NCBI GenBank assembly: GCA_963742735.1
Contig: CAVUMN010000003.1
Coordinates: 640,001-704,000 of the forward strand
Direction: 5' to 3'
DNA from: an uncultured Actinomycetes bacterium
GTDB taxonomy: Bacteria; Actinomycetota; UBA4738; JBBDTT01
DNA length: 64,000 nucleotides
In this document: piece after piece, positions 41,149 to 51,725 of the stretch
How positions within the stretch are numbered: position 1 is the first letter of the stretch
Layout of the letters: each line of letters begins with the position of its first letter
Made by a program: the position numbers and the translations under genes
The notes under the pieces: model-generated
Told to the model about the DNA's origin: nothing
Seen by the model: only the letters and a program-made list of their open reading frames with translations
Databases searched by the model: none

Positions 41149-41910
41149 ATGACGAGGCGAATCGCCACGCTCGCGACCTCGGCCCTGTTGCTGCTCGGCG
41201 CCTGCGACGACGGTCCGATCGACGTCCCGACGCCGGGCAGCACGCCGCCGACGACCCCGGCGAACCCGAGCGCGAGCCCGCCGTCGCCCTTGGCCCCGGA
41301 CGCCTCGACGGTCGAGATCGCGACGCTGCTTCGGGCGGGGGCCACCGCCGAGGCCGCGCTGTACGGGGACCTGAACGGGGTGGCCCCCAGCGAGATCGTC
41401 GTGCTCTCCTCGATCCCGGCCGGCGACCCGAACCTGCCACCGGTGCCGTACCTCGATGCGTTCTCGTGGGACCCCGCCCGGGCGGACTGGGTGAGGGTGT
41501 TCGAGGCGACCTCGTACCAGGACCCCGCCACCGGCCGGGGCCCCCTGCTCGCGGCGACCGACGCCACCGGCCAGGAGGTTCCGTTCCTGCAGGTCATCGA
41601 CTTCGCCGAGGACGGCGCCCCCGAGCTGGTGGTGGGCGTCCAGAGCTTCGGGGCGTCGTCGGGTCCGCTCGACGTGTGGATCCTCTCGTGGTTGTCCGAG
41701 GCGTTCACGACCGAGTTCCGCCGCTCGACCGAGCGCGGCGGCCAGATGGCGTTCGGGGAGTCCACCGTGACGCTGGAGACCGGCGTGTATCGTCCGGGCG
41801 ATCCGGGCTGCTGCCCGAGCGCGATCGAGACGCTCGTCATCGGGTGGGACGCCGGGGTGGAACGTATCGTCGTGCTGGAACGCACCGAGCGGGAGGTCGA
41901 GCAAGGCTGA
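41149..41910 (+). CDS. Hypothetical lipoprotein
   Basis: LGAC lipobox, Pro/Thr linker, GDLNG, DPGCCPS (LppP/LprE-like). Confidence 0.75.
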   Translation: MTRRIATLATSALLLLGACDDGPIDVPTPGSTPPTTPANPSASPPSPLAPDASTVEIATLLRAGATAEAALYGDLNGVAPSEIVVLSSIPAGDPNLPPVPYLDAFSWDPARADWVRVFEATSYQDPATGRGPLLAATDATGQEVPFLQVIDFAEDGAPELVVGVQSFGASSGPLDVWILSWLSEAFTTEFRRSTERGGQMAFGESTVTLETGVYRPGDPGCCPSAIETLVIGWDAGVERIVVLERTEREVEQG

Positions 41911-43826
41911 TGCCGAAGGTCACGTTGCCCGACGGGGACGTGCGCGACGTCGAGGCCGGGACCCAGGTCAGCGACCTGGTCGGCGACGACGCGATCGCCG
42001 CCCGGCTGGACGGCGCGCTCGTCGACCTGGCCCACGAGATCCACGCGGACGCGCAGATCGAGCCGGTGCTCGTTTCGGAGCCCGACGGGCTGACCGTGCT
42101 CCGCCATTCCACGGCGCACGTGATGGCCCAGGCCGTGTGCGACCTGATCCCCGGGGCCAAGTACGCGATCGGCCCCCCCATCGAGGACGGCTTCTACTAC
42201 GACTTCGCCCTGCCCAGGCCGCTGACCCCGGACGACCTGCCGCGGATCGAGAAGCGGATGCGCGAGATCAGGAACGAGGGCCAGCCGTTCGTGCGCGAGG
42301 AGCTCTCCCGCCAGGAGGCCCTGCAGCGCTTCGCGGACCAGGACTTCAAGCGGGAGATCATCGAGACGCTCGAGGCCTCCGAGGGCGCCCTCGGCGAGAC
42401 CGTGAGCGTCTACCGCAACGACGGGTGGGGCGACCTCTGCCTGGGGCCGCACGTCCCGTCCACGAAGCGGCTCGGGGTGTTCAAGCTGACCTCCCTCGCC
42501 GGCGCGTACTGGCGGGGCGACGAACACCGGCCCATGCTCCAGCGCGTCTACGGCACGGCGTGGCCCACCCAGGAGGACCTGGACGCGTACCTCCACCGGC
42601 TGGAGGAGGCCGAGCGCCGGGACCACCGTCGACTGGGGCGGGACCTCGACCTCGTCTCGTTCCCCGAGGAGGTCGGGGCCGGGCTGGCCCTGTGGCACCC
42701 GCGCGGCGGCATCTTCCGCAAGGAGCTCGAGGACTTCGTTCGCGAGGTCCACCTCCGGCGCGGGTACGAGATCGTGGCCACGCCGCACGTCGCCCGGTCG
42801 AACGTGTGGGAGACCAGCGGCCACCTGGCCAAGTACCGCGGCAACATGTACCCGGCGATGCGCGAGGAGGAGGGCGGCGAGTACTTCGTCAAGCCCATGA
42901 ACTGTCCGCTGCACGTCCTGATCTACAAGTCGCAGACGCGTTCGTACCGGGACCTGCCGCTGCGTCTGTCCGAGCTCGGCACCGTCTATCGGTACGAGCG
43001 ACCGGGGACCCTGCACGGTCTCATGCGCATCCGCGGTCTGACCATCGACGACGCCCACATCTTCTGCCGGCCCGACCAGCTGGTGGACGAGATCCTCGGC
43101 GTGTTCGACCTGACCCTCGAGGTGCAGCGCACGTTCGGGTTCACCGACCCCAAGATCGAGCTCTCGACCAAGCCCGGCGAGGCCATCGGGGACGAGGCCA
43201 TGTGGCAGCGCGCCACCGAGGTCCTGCATCAGGCCCTCGAGGCGAGCGGGATGGCGTTCACGGTGGCCGAGGGGGAGGGGGCGTTCTACGGCCCCAAGGT
43301 GGACTTCCACTTCCGCGACGCGATCGGCCGGTACTGGCAGCTGACCACCGTGCAGTGCGACTTCGCGCTGCCGGAGCGCTTCGACATCGAGTACATGACC
43401 GACGAGAACACCCGCGAGCGGCCGGTGATGATCCACCGGGCGATCCTCGGTTCGCTGGAGCGCTTCGCGGGGGTGCTGATCGAGCACTACGCCGGCTCGT
43501 TCCCGCTGTGGCTCGCCCCGGAGCAGGTCCGGGTGGTCCCCATCGCCGACCGCCACGCCGAGCACGCCCACGCCCTCGCCCAGCGGCTGCGGGAGGCCGG
43601 GGTTCGCCCCGGGGTCGACGACAGCCACGAGACCGTCTCGAAGAAGATCCGCAACGCCCAGCTCTTCAAGGTCCCGTACACGCTCGTGGTGGGGGACAAG
43701 GAGCTCGAGGCCGGGACGGTGGCCGTACGGGACCGGGCCGGCACCGAGACCCGCGGTGTGCCGTTCGAGGAGTTCGTCGGCCGCGTCGTGGACGAGGTCC
43801 GCACCCGGGGCCTGCCCGCGGTGTGA
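41910..43826 (+). CDS. thrS: Threonine--tRNA ligase
   Basis: HSTAH, DLCLGPH, KPMNCP, YRYE, HRAILGS. Confidence 0.98.
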   Translation: MPKVTLPDGDVRDVEAGTQVSDLVGDDAIAARLDGALVDLAHEIHADAQIEPVLVSEPDGLTVLRHSTAHVMAQAVCDLIPGAKYAIGPPIEDGFYYDFALPRPLTPDDLPRIEKRMREIRNEGQPFVREELSRQEALQRFADQDFKREIIETLEASEGALGETVSVYRNDGWGDLCLGPHVPSTKRLGVFKLTSLAGAYWRGDEHRPMLQRVYGTAWPTQEDLDAYLHRLEEAERRDHRRLGRDLDLVSFPEEVGAGLALWHPRGGIFRKELEDFVREVHLRRGYEIVATPHVARSNVWETSGHLAKYRGNMYPAMREEEGGEYFVKPMNCPLHVLIYKSQTRSYRDLPLRLSELGTVYRYERPGTLHGLMRIRGLTIDDAHIFCRPDQLVDEILGVFDLTLEVQRTFGFTDPKIELSTKPGEAIGDEAMWQRATEVLHQALEASGMAFTVAEGEGAFYGPKVDFHFRDAIGRYWQLTTVQCDFALPERFDIEYMTDENTRERPVMIHRAILGSLERFAGVLIEHYAGSFPLWLAPEQVRVVPIADRHAEHAHALAQRLREAGVRPGVDDSHETVSKKIRNAQLFKVPYTLVVGDKELEAGTVAVRDRAGTETRGVPFEEFVGRVVDEVRTRGLPAV

Positions 43827-44314
43827 TGGAACGGCTCTGGACCCCCTGGAGGATGAGCTACATCAAGGGAGCCGACAGTGCGGAGAGCTGTTTCCTGTGC
43901 GACGCCCCCGACCTGGACGAGGACGACCGCACGTACATCCTGGCCCGGGGCAAGGACGCGTTCGTGATCCTGAACATCTACCCGTACAACACCGGGCACA
44001 TCATGGTCGCGCCGTACCGCCACGTGGCCGACCTGGAGTCGCTGGGCGGTGAGGAGGGGCTTGAGGGCTTCGCGCTGCTGCGCAAGTCCGTCGAGGCGCT
44101 GAAGGAAGCGTTCGAGCCCCAGGGGTTCAACATCGGGATGAACCTGGGCCGCGTGGCCGGCGCGGGGGTTCCCGACCATCTCCACTTCCACGTGGTCCCG
44201 CGGTGGGGCGGCGACACGAACTTCATGCCCGTGCTGGGCGCGACGAAGGTGCTCCCCGAGCTGCTGGACGAGACCTACGCGAAGCTGAAGCCGCTGTTCT
44301 CGGACGCGGGCTAG
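43826..44314 (+). CDS. HIT family Ap4A phosphorylase-like protein
   Basis: LWTPWRMSYI, NIYPYNTGH, HLHFHVVPRW. Confidence 0.93.
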   Translation: MERLWTPWRMSYIKGADSAESCFLCDAPDLDEDDRTYILARGKDAFVILNIYPYNTGHIMVAPYRHVADLESLGGEEGLEGFALLRKSVEALKEAFEPQGFNIGMNLGRVAGAGVPDHLHFHVVPRWGGDTNFMPVLGATKVLPELLDETYAKLKPLFSDAG

Positions 44315-46398
44315 GCCCGCGCCTCCTCCTTCGCCTGGCGAGCCTCCTCGATGATCTTGTCGGCGAGGTGCGCCGGGACCTCCTCGTAGTGACTGAACCG
44401 CATCGAGAACGCGCCGCGGCCGTGGGTCATCGAGCGGAGGTCGATCGCGTAGCGGGCCATCTCGGCCTGGGGGACGTGCGCCCGGATCGCCTGCCGGCCG
44501 GCACCGGTGGGCTGCATGCCCTCGATGCGTCCCCGCCGCGCGTTGAGGTTGCCCATGATGTCGCCGGCGAAGTCGTCCGGGACGACGATCTCGACCTCGA
44601 CGATCGGCTCGAGCAGGACGACCCCCGCCGCCTGGGCCGCGTCTCGCAGCGCGAGCGCCCCGGCGATCTGGAACGCGATATCCGAGGAGTCCACGGGGTG
44701 GAACTTCCCGTCGAACAGCGTGCAGCGGATGTCGACCATCGGGTTCCCACTGGCGGCGCCCTCGGCCATCGCCTTGACGACGCCCTTCTCGACCGAGGTG
44801 ATCCACTGGTGGGGGATCGCGCCCCCGACGATCTTGTCCACGAACTCGAAGCCCTCGCCGTGGGCGAGCGGCTCGATCTCGATCTGGCACACGCCGTACT
44901 GACCGTGGCCGCCGGACTGCTTCACGTGGCGCCCGAGGCCCTTGCCGGGCCCGCGGACCGTCTCCTTGTAGGGGATCCGCGCCGGCGACGTGACGACCTC
45001 GACGCCGAACTTGCGCTTCATGCGCTCCAGGAGGACGTCCACGTGAGCCTCGCCCATGCCGTACAGGACCGTCTGGTGCGTCTCGTCGGATCGCTCGACG
45101 TGGACGGTCGGGTCCTCCTCGACCGAGCGATGCAGGGCGGTGGAGAGCTTGTCCTCGTCGCCCTTCGTCTTCGGCTCGACGGCGACGGCGTACAGCGGCT
45201 CGGGCAGGTCGATCGGCGGGAACCGCACGTCGTCGCCCTTGGCGGTGAGCGTGTCTCCCGAGGTGGTCTTCGCGAGCTTGGCGATGGCCCCGATGTCGCC
45301 CGCCGGGACCGCCGAGACCGTCTCGTGCTCCTTGCCGCGCAGGGTGAACAGCTGGCCGATGCGTTCCTCGACGTTCTGGGTCGCGTTGTGGACGCTCGAG
45401 TCCGGCTTCAGTGAGCCGGAGGCGACCTTGACCAGGCTGATCTTGCCGACGAACGGGTCCGAGATCGTCTTGAACACCACACCGGTCAACGGGCCGGACG
45501 GGTCGACCGCGCGCTGGGTCTCCTCGCCGGCCTTGTCGAGCACGGCCGCCGCCGGCCGGTCCACCGGAGAGGGGAAGACGTCGACGATGAACCGCGCCAG
45601 CCGGTCGACGCCCACCGGCGTCGTCGCGGACCCGCACAGCACCGGCGCCAGCCGGGCCTGGGTGAAGCCGGCCTTCATCCCGCGGACCACCTCCTCCTCG
45701 GAGAGCTCCCCGGTCTCCAGGTACTTCTCGAGGAGCGAGTCGTCGGCCTCGGCCACGGCGTCGACGAGCTTCTCGCGGAACGGCTCGACCTTGCCGGCGA
45801 TGTCGTCGGGCCAGGCTCCCTCGGCGCCCCTGGGATCCCCCGAGTACCGGTAGGCCTTCTGGGAGAGGAGGTCGACCACGCCCTCCAGCTCGTGCTCCTC
45901 GCCGATCGGGAACTGGATGGGCGCGACCTGGGTCCCGAACGCTGCCGTCAGGCCGTCGAGGGTTCGCTGGTAGGAGGCCCGCTCGCGGTCGAGCTTGTTG
46001 ACGAAGAACGCGCGGGGCAACCCCGCCTCGACGGCCATCTCCCAGATGACCTCGTGCTGGACCTCCACGCCGTCCACCGCCGAGACGACGAACAGGCAGG
46101 CGTCGGCGGCCCGGAGCGCCGCCCGGACGTCCCCGATGAAGTCGGCGTACCCGGGCGCGTCGAGCAGGTTGATCTTCACGCCGTCCCACTCGACGGGGGC
46201 CAGCGCGAGCGACACGCTGATCTGCTTCTTGATCTCCTCGGGTTCGTGGTCGCTGACGGTGGTGCCGTCTTCCACCTTGCCCACGCGGGTGATGTGTCCG
46301 GCGGCGAACAGCAACGCCTCGGTGAGGGTGGTCTTGCCGGCGCCCCCGTGCCCAACGAGCGCGACGTTGCGGATATCCTTGGGCTCGTAGGCCTTCAC
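44311..46398 (-). CDS. Elongation factor G-like protein (EF-G2)
   Basis: GHGGAGKTT, DAPGYADF, NKLD, KQSGGHGQY; lacks RGITI. Confidence 0.93.
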   Translation of the reverse strand: MKAYEPKDIRNVALVGHGGAGKTTLTEALLFAAGHITRVGKVEDGTTVSDHEPEEIKKQISVSLALAPVEWDGVKINLLDAPGYADFIGDVRAALRAADACLFVVSAVDGVEVQHEVIWEMAVEAGLPRAFFVNKLDRERASYQRTLDGLTAAFGTQVAPIQFPIGEEHELEGVVDLLSQKAYRYSGDPRGAEGAWPDDIAGKVEPFREKLVDAVAEADDSLLEKYLETGELSEEEVVRGMKAGFTQARLAPVLCGSATTPVGVDRLARFIVDVFPSPVDRPAAAVLDKAGEETQRAVDPSGPLTGVVFKTISDPFVGKISLVKVASGSLKPDSSVHNATQNVEERIGQLFTLRGKEHETVSAVPAGDIGAIAKLAKTTSGDTLTAKGDDVRFPPIDLPEPLYAVAVEPKTKGDEDKLSTALHRSVEEDPTVHVERSDETHQTVLYGMGEAHVDVLLERMKRKFGVEVVTSPARIPYKETVRGPGKGLGRHVKQSGGHGQYGVCQIEIEPLAHGEGFEFVDKIVGGAIPHQWITSVEKGVVKAMAEGAASGNPMVDIRCTLFDGKFHPVDSSDIAFQIAGALALRDAAQAAGVVLLEPIVEVEIVVPDDFAGDIMGNLNARRGRIEGMQPTGAGRQAIRAHVPQAEMARYAIDLRSMTHGRGAFSMRFSHYEEVPAHLADKIIEEARQAKEEARA

Positions 46399-46471
46399 GA
46401 TCGCGAATCCTTTCGATCGGGGTCCCGCATTCTATCGAAGGCCCTTCGCGCGGCCCCCCGGAGACCAACCT

Positions 46472-47005
46472 GTGCCACGAGCCGCATCCACATCCGCCCG
46501 CGAGGCCCACGACGCGCTGGCCCTGGCCGCCCTCGGCGTGGTCGCGTCGGCCGCGGCGGCGTGGGCCCTCCTGAGCGCGGAGACGCGCCTCGCGGGCGTG
46601 GCCGTGTTGGTGGGCTGCCTGGCGTGCGCGGCCGCCTCGTCGCTCGCCGAACGGGCCGGCTCGCCCCGCGCCGGGTTCGCGGCGGAGGCGGCGGAGCGGC
46701 TCCTCGACGCGGGCTCCCTCGGTGCGCTGGTGTGGGCGTCCTTCGGCGACGGCGGTCGCGTCTCGGCCCTGGCCCTGGTGGCGCTGGGAGCCGGGGCCCT
46801 CACGGCCTACATCCGCGCGCGGGGGCGGGGGCTCGGCTTCGACGTCCCTCGGTGGCCCGCCTACCGGGTGGTGCGGGGGATCGCGCTCGCCGCGGGCTTG
46901 GTGGCCCTGCAGATGGAGACCGCGCTCTGGGCGGTCGTCGCGATGGACGCCGGGGTCGGCGTCGCGCGGTGGCGCTCCGTGTCGTCCGCGGGGGAGGCCG
47001 CGTGA
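46472..47005 (+). CDS. Degenerate CDP-alcohol phosphatidyltransferase (PI synthase-like) membrane protein
   Basis: Located at the pgsA1 position before patA-pimA; residual ERLLD and AYIRARG..LG but no DG..AR. Confidence 0.6.
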   Translation: MPRAASTSAREAHDALALAALGVVASAAAAWALLSAETRLAGVAVLVGCLACAAASSLAERAGSPRAGFAAEAAERLLDAGSLGALVWASFGDGGRVSALALVALGAGALTAYIRARGRGLGFDVPRWPAYRVVRGIALAAGLVALQMETALWAVVAMDAGVGVARWRSVSSAGEAA

Positions 47006-47919
47006 CCGAGCCGGTCTCGTTCGGGGCGCGCCTGGCCGTCCACGGATACCGGGCCGGCTCGTGGCTGTCCCAGCGCGTGTCCTACGACCTGGGCCGCACC
47101 GTCTCCCGCCGGACCGGCGACGTCCTGTACCGCGCCCTCCCACAGGTCCGGGCGCGCCTGGAGCGGACGTTCGAACGTGTCCTCGGCCTGCCCGCCGGAT
47201 CGCCGCTGCTCGACGCGGCGGTTCGCGAGGCCTTTCGAACGTACTGCCTGTACTGGTTCGAGACCTTCCACATGCAGTCGATGGCGGTCGACGACCTGGC
47301 CGCGCGGACCCGTCTGCTCGGCGAGGAACACATGGCCGCGGCCGTCGCCGCCGGGAACGGGGCGATCATCACGCTGCCCCACCTGGGGAACTGGGACGCG
47401 GCCGGGCGGATGGTGGTGGACCGGGGCTACCGGATCAGCGCGGTCGCGGAGGAGCTGAAGCCCCCCGAGGCGTTTCGCCTGTTCCTCGAACATCGGCGGC
47501 GCCTGGGTATGGGGATCGTCGCGCTGTCCGCGGGTCGCAAGGTGGGCGAGGAGCTCGTTGGGCTGCTCGCGGACAACCAGCTGGTGTGCCTGGTCGCCGA
47601 CCGCGACCTGACCGGACGCGGGGTGGACGTGGAGATCTTCGGGGAGCGGACGCAGCTCCCGGCGGGCCCGGCGCTGCTCTCGCTCGGCACCGGCGCGCCG
47701 CTCATCGTCGCCGCCGCCTACCAGATCGACGGCGGCGGGTGGGAGATCGTGATGAGCCCTCCCCAGGAGATCGAGCGCACGGCCGACCTGCGGGCCGACG
47801 TCGCCACCCTCACCCGGAAGGTCGCCGCGGCCTTCGAGCGGCAGATCTCCTCCGCGCCGACGACCTGGCACATGTTCCAGCCCTACTGGCCAGCCGACCT
47901 CCCGCCCAAGACCACATGA
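47002..47919 (+). CDS. Phosphatidylinositol mannoside acyltransferase (PatA-like)
   Basis: YWFETF, PHLGNWD, ADRDL, GPALL, WHMFQP. Confidence 0.9.
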   Translation: MTEPVSFGARLAVHGYRAGSWLSQRVSYDLGRTVSRRTGDVLYRALPQVRARLERTFERVLGLPAGSPLLDAAVREAFRTYCLYWFETFHMQSMAVDDLAARTRLLGEEHMAAAVAAGNGAIITLPHLGNWDAAGRMVVDRGYRISAVAEELKPPEAFRLFLEHRRRLGMGIVALSAGRKVGEELVGLLADNQLVCLVADRDLTGRGVDVEIFGERTQLPAGPALLSLGTGAPLIVAAAYQIDGGGWEIVMSPPQEIERTADLRADVATLTRKVAAAFERQISSAPTTWHMFQPYWPADLPPKTT

Positions 47920-49034
47920 GGGTTGCCTTGGCTTGCCCGTACGCGTGGGACGCGCCGGGCGGGGTCCAGACCCACGTGCGGCAGCTGGCGACGCGGCTCG
48001 AGCGAGACGGCCACGAGGTCCTGGTCCTGGCGCCGGCCACGGCCGAGCCGGCGGAGCGGTGGGCGGTCGGGGTCGGACGGCCCGTCCGGGTCCCGTTCAA
48101 CGGATCGGTGGCGCCGATCGCGCCGACCCCGGCGTCCGCCACGCGGGTCCGCCGCGCCCTGCGCGCGTTCCGCCCCGACGTGATCCACGCCCACGAGCCG
48201 TTCGTGCCGGGGACGGCCCTGTTCGCGGCGCGCAGCGGCCTGGCCCCGACGGTGGCGACCTTCCATGCCTACGCGGACCGCGGGTTGGCCCTGCGGCTGG
48301 CGGCGCCGGCGCTCCGGCCGCTGTGGCGCCGGCTCGCCCTGCGGCTGGCGGTCTCCGAGGCCGCTCGAGAGTTCGTGGGCCGGGCGTTCGAGGGGGAGGT
48401 CCGGATCGTCCCCAACGGCGCGGACGTCGCGCTGTTTCGCGACGCCGTCCCCACCGACGCCCTGCCGGCGGGGGAGAGGATCCTGTTCGTGAACCGGCTC
48501 GACCCGCGCAAGGGATTCCGGACCGCCGTGGACGCCTTCGCGCGGATCGCCGCCCGGCGTCCCGAGGCCCGGCTCATCGTGGCGGGGGACGGGGCCGAGC
48601 GCGACGCCGTGGCGCGTCTGGCGCCGCCCGTCCGGGAGCGCGTCACCATGCTGGGCAACGTCCCGCACGATCGCCTCCCGCCCTACCACGCGGCCTCCGA
48701 CCTGTTCGTCGGCCCGGCCCTGGGGCGCGAGTCGTTCGGGATCGTCCTGGTCGAGGCGATGGCGGCGGGGCTGCCCGTCGTCGCCAGCGACATCCCGGGC
48801 TACCGGGAGGTGGTCCGCGACGGCGTGGAGGGGGTGCTGGTGCCGCCGGGAGATGCCGTGGCGCTGGCGGACGCGGTGTCCCGTCTCCTGGAGGACCGGG
48901 CCGAGGCGGCGCGGCTCGGGGCGGCGGGGCGGGACCGCGCGGTTCGTTTCGACTGGGACGTGGTGGCCGGGGAGATCGCGGGGTGCTATGGGGAGGCCGT
49001 GGCCCGGGGGGGTTCGGGGGTGTGGCCCGGGTAA
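47916..49034 (+). CDS. pimA: GT4 phosphatidylinositol mannosyltransferase (PimA-like)
   Basis: CPYAWDAPGGVQTHV, HAHEP, ESFGIVLVEAMAAG. Confidence 0.85.
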   Translation: MRVALACPYAWDAPGGVQTHVRQLATRLERDGHEVLVLAPATAEPAERWAVGVGRPVRVPFNGSVAPIAPTPASATRVRRALRAFRPDVIHAHEPFVPGTALFAARSGLAPTVATFHAYADRGLALRLAAPALRPLWRRLALRLAVSEAAREFVGRAFEGEVRIVPNGADVALFRDAVPTDALPAGERILFVNRLDPRKGFRTAVDAFARIAARRPEARLIVAGDGAERDAVARLAPPVRERVTMLGNVPHDRLPPYHAASDLFVGPALGRESFGIVLVEAMAAGLPVVASDIPGYREVVRDGVEGVLVPPGDAVALADAVSRLLEDRAEAARLGAAGRDRAVRFDWDVVAGEIAGCYGEAVARGGSGVWPG

Positions 49035-49063
49035 TCGGTGCCCGGTTGCTACGATAGGCGGCC

Positions 49064-49615
49064 ATGGGTCTGTGGATCGCGCTCGGGATCGCCGGCGTCC
49101 TGTTGCTGTTCCTCATCTTCACGTTCAACCGGCTGGTCCGGAACCGCAACCGGGTGAACAACGCCTGGTCGAACATCGACGTCCAGCTGCGACGCCGGTA
49201 CGACCTGATCCCCAACCTGGTGGAGACGGTCAAGGGCTACGCGGCGCACGAGCGTCAGGTGTTCGAGGAGGTCACGAAGGCGCGAGCCGCCGCCCAGGCC
49301 GCCGGGTCCGTGCAGGACCAGGCCGCCGCCGAGAACCAGGTGACCCGCGGGCTGGGCCGACTGTTCGCGGTCGCCGAGGCCTACCCGCAGCTGCGCGCCA
49401 ACGAGAACTTCCTGGCGCTGCAGGAGGAGCTCACCGCGACCGAGTCCAAGATCGCATTCGCGCGCCAGTTCTACAACGACCAGGTCCAGAACCTGAACAC
49501 GCTGATCGAGTCGTTTCCCTCCAACATCGTGGCGGGCCTGTTCCGCTTCACGAAGCGCGAGTTCTTCGAGATCGAGGACGTCGCACGCGGCCCGGTCTCG
49601 GTCGCGGGCAGCTAA
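49064..49615 (+). CDS. lemA: LemA family protein
   Basis: WSNIDVQLRRRYDLIPNLV, EAYPQLRAN. Confidence 0.95.
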   Translation: MGLWIALGIAGVLLLFLIFTFNRLVRNRNRVNNAWSNIDVQLRRRYDLIPNLVETVKGYAAHERQVFEEVTKARAAAQAAGSVQDQAAAENQVTRGLGRLFAVAEAYPQLRANENFLALQEELTATESKIAFARQFYNDQVQNLNTLIESFPSNIVAGLFRFTKREFFEIEDVARGPVSVAGS

Positions 49616-49621
49616 CCGCCC

Positions 49622-50530
49622 TTGTACGAGCGCATCACCGCCAACCGGTGGCGCACGTTCGCCCTGTTCCTGGGCTCCGTGGCGCTCCTCGTGGGGCTCG
49701 GGTACGTGTTCGGCGCGCTGTTTCGCGCGGGCGTCGTCGGCGTCGTCTTCGCGCTCGTCCTGGCGGGCATCCTGTCGATCACGTCGTACCGGTACGGCGA
49801 CCGGCTGGTCCTGGCGGCCGCGAGGGCCAAGCGCGTCTCGAAGCAGGAGGAGCCCCGCCTCTACAACCTGGTCGAGGGGCTGTGCATCGCCGCGGGCATG
49901 AACACGGTGCCCGCCCTGTACATCGTCCCCGAGGCCGCCCCGAACGCGTTCGCGACCGGCCGTGACCCGAAGCACTCCTCGATCGCGGTGACCAGGGGCC
50001 TGCTTGACCAGCTGAACCGGGTGGAGCTCGAGGGGGTCCTCGCGCACGAGCTCTCCCACGTCACCAACCGCGACATCCTGGTGGGGACCGTCGCGGCGAC
50101 CCTGGCCGGGGCGGTGGTGCTGATGTCGGAGCTCATGCTCCGGTGGTTCTGGTGGGGCGGCGCCCGCGGCCGCCGGGGAGGCGACCGCGAGGGCGGCGGC
50201 GGGTTTGCGCTGATCGCGGTGCTGGGGATCGTCCTGGCGCTGCTGGCCCCCCTGTTCGCGCAGCTGATCCGGCTCTCCATCTCCCGCCGCCGCGAGTATC
50301 TGGCCGACGCCTCGGGCGCCATGATGACGCGGTACCCGCCGGGGCTGGCCAGCGCGCTGAAGAAGATCGCCGCGGACCCCACACCGATGCGGGTGACGAA
50401 CAACGCCACGGCCCACCTGTGGCTCTCGCCGCCCTCACGGACCCCCGGGAGCGGGACCCCCCTGTGGGAGCGGCTGTTCTCGACCCACCCGCCGATCGCC
50501 GAGCGCATCAAGATCCTGGAGGAGATGTGA
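49622..50530 (+). CDS. htpX: M48 zinc metalloprotease HtpX
   Basis: PNAFATG, HELSH, REYLAD, STHPP. Confidence 0.93.
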   Translation: MYERITANRWRTFALFLGSVALLVGLGYVFGALFRAGVVGVVFALVLAGILSITSYRYGDRLVLAAARAKRVSKQEEPRLYNLVEGLCIAAGMNTVPALYIVPEAAPNAFATGRDPKHSSIAVTRGLLDQLNRVELEGVLAHELSHVTNRDILVGTVAATLAGAVVLMSELMLRWFWWGGARGRRGGDREGGGGFALIAVLGIVLALLAPLFAQLIRLSISRRREYLADASGAMMTRYPPGLASALKKIAADPTPMRVTNNATAHLWLSPPSRTPGSGTPLWERLFSTHPPIAERIKILEEM

Positions 50531-50632
50531 AACAACCCGGGGGTTGGTTGTGAAGCCCGGGGTCGCGTCGTAGCATCGGCCGGACCCAGAGCCCCCCAAA
50601 GACTCCCCCCGACCTCAGGAGGTCCCACCCCC

Positions 50633-51694
50633 TTGGCCCTTTCACGTCCCGGAAAGCTCCTGGTTGGCCTCGTCGTGGCGGCGGTCCTCGTCGGAGGGGG
50701 CCTGTTCGCCTACACGCGGATCACCGGCAAGTCCTTCGGCCCGATCAAGGGCCCCGACGACCCGGGTACGACCGACGTCGCCGCCAACCTGACCGAGTGC
50801 CCCCTCAGCGGCCTCACGGGGGAGGTCCCGAACCGCCCGGCGCTCGCCGTCAAGATCGAGAACCTCCCGGCGTCCCGTCCGCAGGCGGGCCTCGAGTCCG
50901 CCGACCTCGTCTACGAGCAGCCGGTCGAGGGCGGGATCACCCGGTTCATCGTGGTGTTCCAGTGCCAGGAGCCGGCCGGACGACTGGGGCCGGTGCGCAG
51001 CGTCCGGCTGGTGGATCCGGACATCGTCTCGCAGTTCTCCGCCCCGAGCTCCATCCCGCTGTTCGCGCACTCCGGCGGGATCCCGGAGATCGTGCAGGGG
51101 ATCGAGGCCGCGGGGCTGCTCGACGTCGGGTTCGACCGCCACCCCGAGGCCTTCGAACGCGATCCGAATCGCAACCAGCCGCACAACCTGTACACCACGA
51201 TGGCCGAGCTCTACGCGGCGGCCGACGACCCGACCGGAGTGCCCCCGGGGATGTTCGAGTACGACCCGCGGGTGCCCTCGGGCTCGAAGGACGTGTCCGT
51301 GGTCCGCGTGAAGGGCAGCAGCCACTTCAGCGAGGCCATGTCCTGGCGGTGGGACGCCGGAAAGAAGGCCTGGCTCCGGTTCCACGGCGACTCCCCGCAC
51401 ACCATGGAGAGCGGCGTCCAGATCGCGGCCAAGAACGTCATCTTCCAGACGGTACAGACCCACTGCAGCGGGTTCTTCGACGTCAACGGCACGTGCGTCG
51501 AGGAGATCGGCAGCATCGGCACCGGCGACGCGATCGTGTTCCGCAACGGCAAGCGGATCGACGCCAGCTGGACCCGCAACTTCGCCGAGGACGTGACCCA
51601 GTACCTGGACGGCCGCGGCCGCCCGATCGAGCTCACCCGCGGGATCACCTGGATCATCCTGGTACCGACCGACGTCTCCGTCACGGCCGAGTAG
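50633..51694 (+). CDS. DUF3048 domain protein
   Basis: PALAVKIEN...PQAGL...VEGGITR, GPVRS, PHNLY. Confidence 0.88.
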   Translation: MALSRPGKLLVGLVVAAVLVGGGLFAYTRITGKSFGPIKGPDDPGTTDVAANLTECPLSGLTGEVPNRPALAVKIENLPASRPQAGLESADLVYEQPVEGGITRFIVVFQCQEPAGRLGPVRSVRLVDPDIVSQFSAPSSIPLFAHSGGIPEIVQGIEAAGLLDVGFDRHPEAFERDPNRNQPHNLYTTMAELYAAADDPTGVPPGMFEYDPRVPSGSKDVSVVRVKGSSHFSEAMSWRWDAGKKAWLRFHGDSPHTMESGVQIAAKNVIFQTVQTHCSGFFDVNGTCVEEIGSIGTGDAIVFRNGKRIDASWTRNFAEDVTQYLDGRGRPIELTRGITWIILVPTDVSVTAE

Positions 51695-51725
51695 GTCGGG
51701 CCGCGCCCGGCGTATCCTGTCGGGT

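Noticed and set aside
43487-47143. 1218-aa minus-strand ORF and many other long Arg/Gly/Pro-rich ORFs (e.g. 17614-20700, 40677-43628)
   Set aside because: Shadow frames of real genes in high-GC DNA with no recognisable motifs; only the end of 17614-20700 is a real gene
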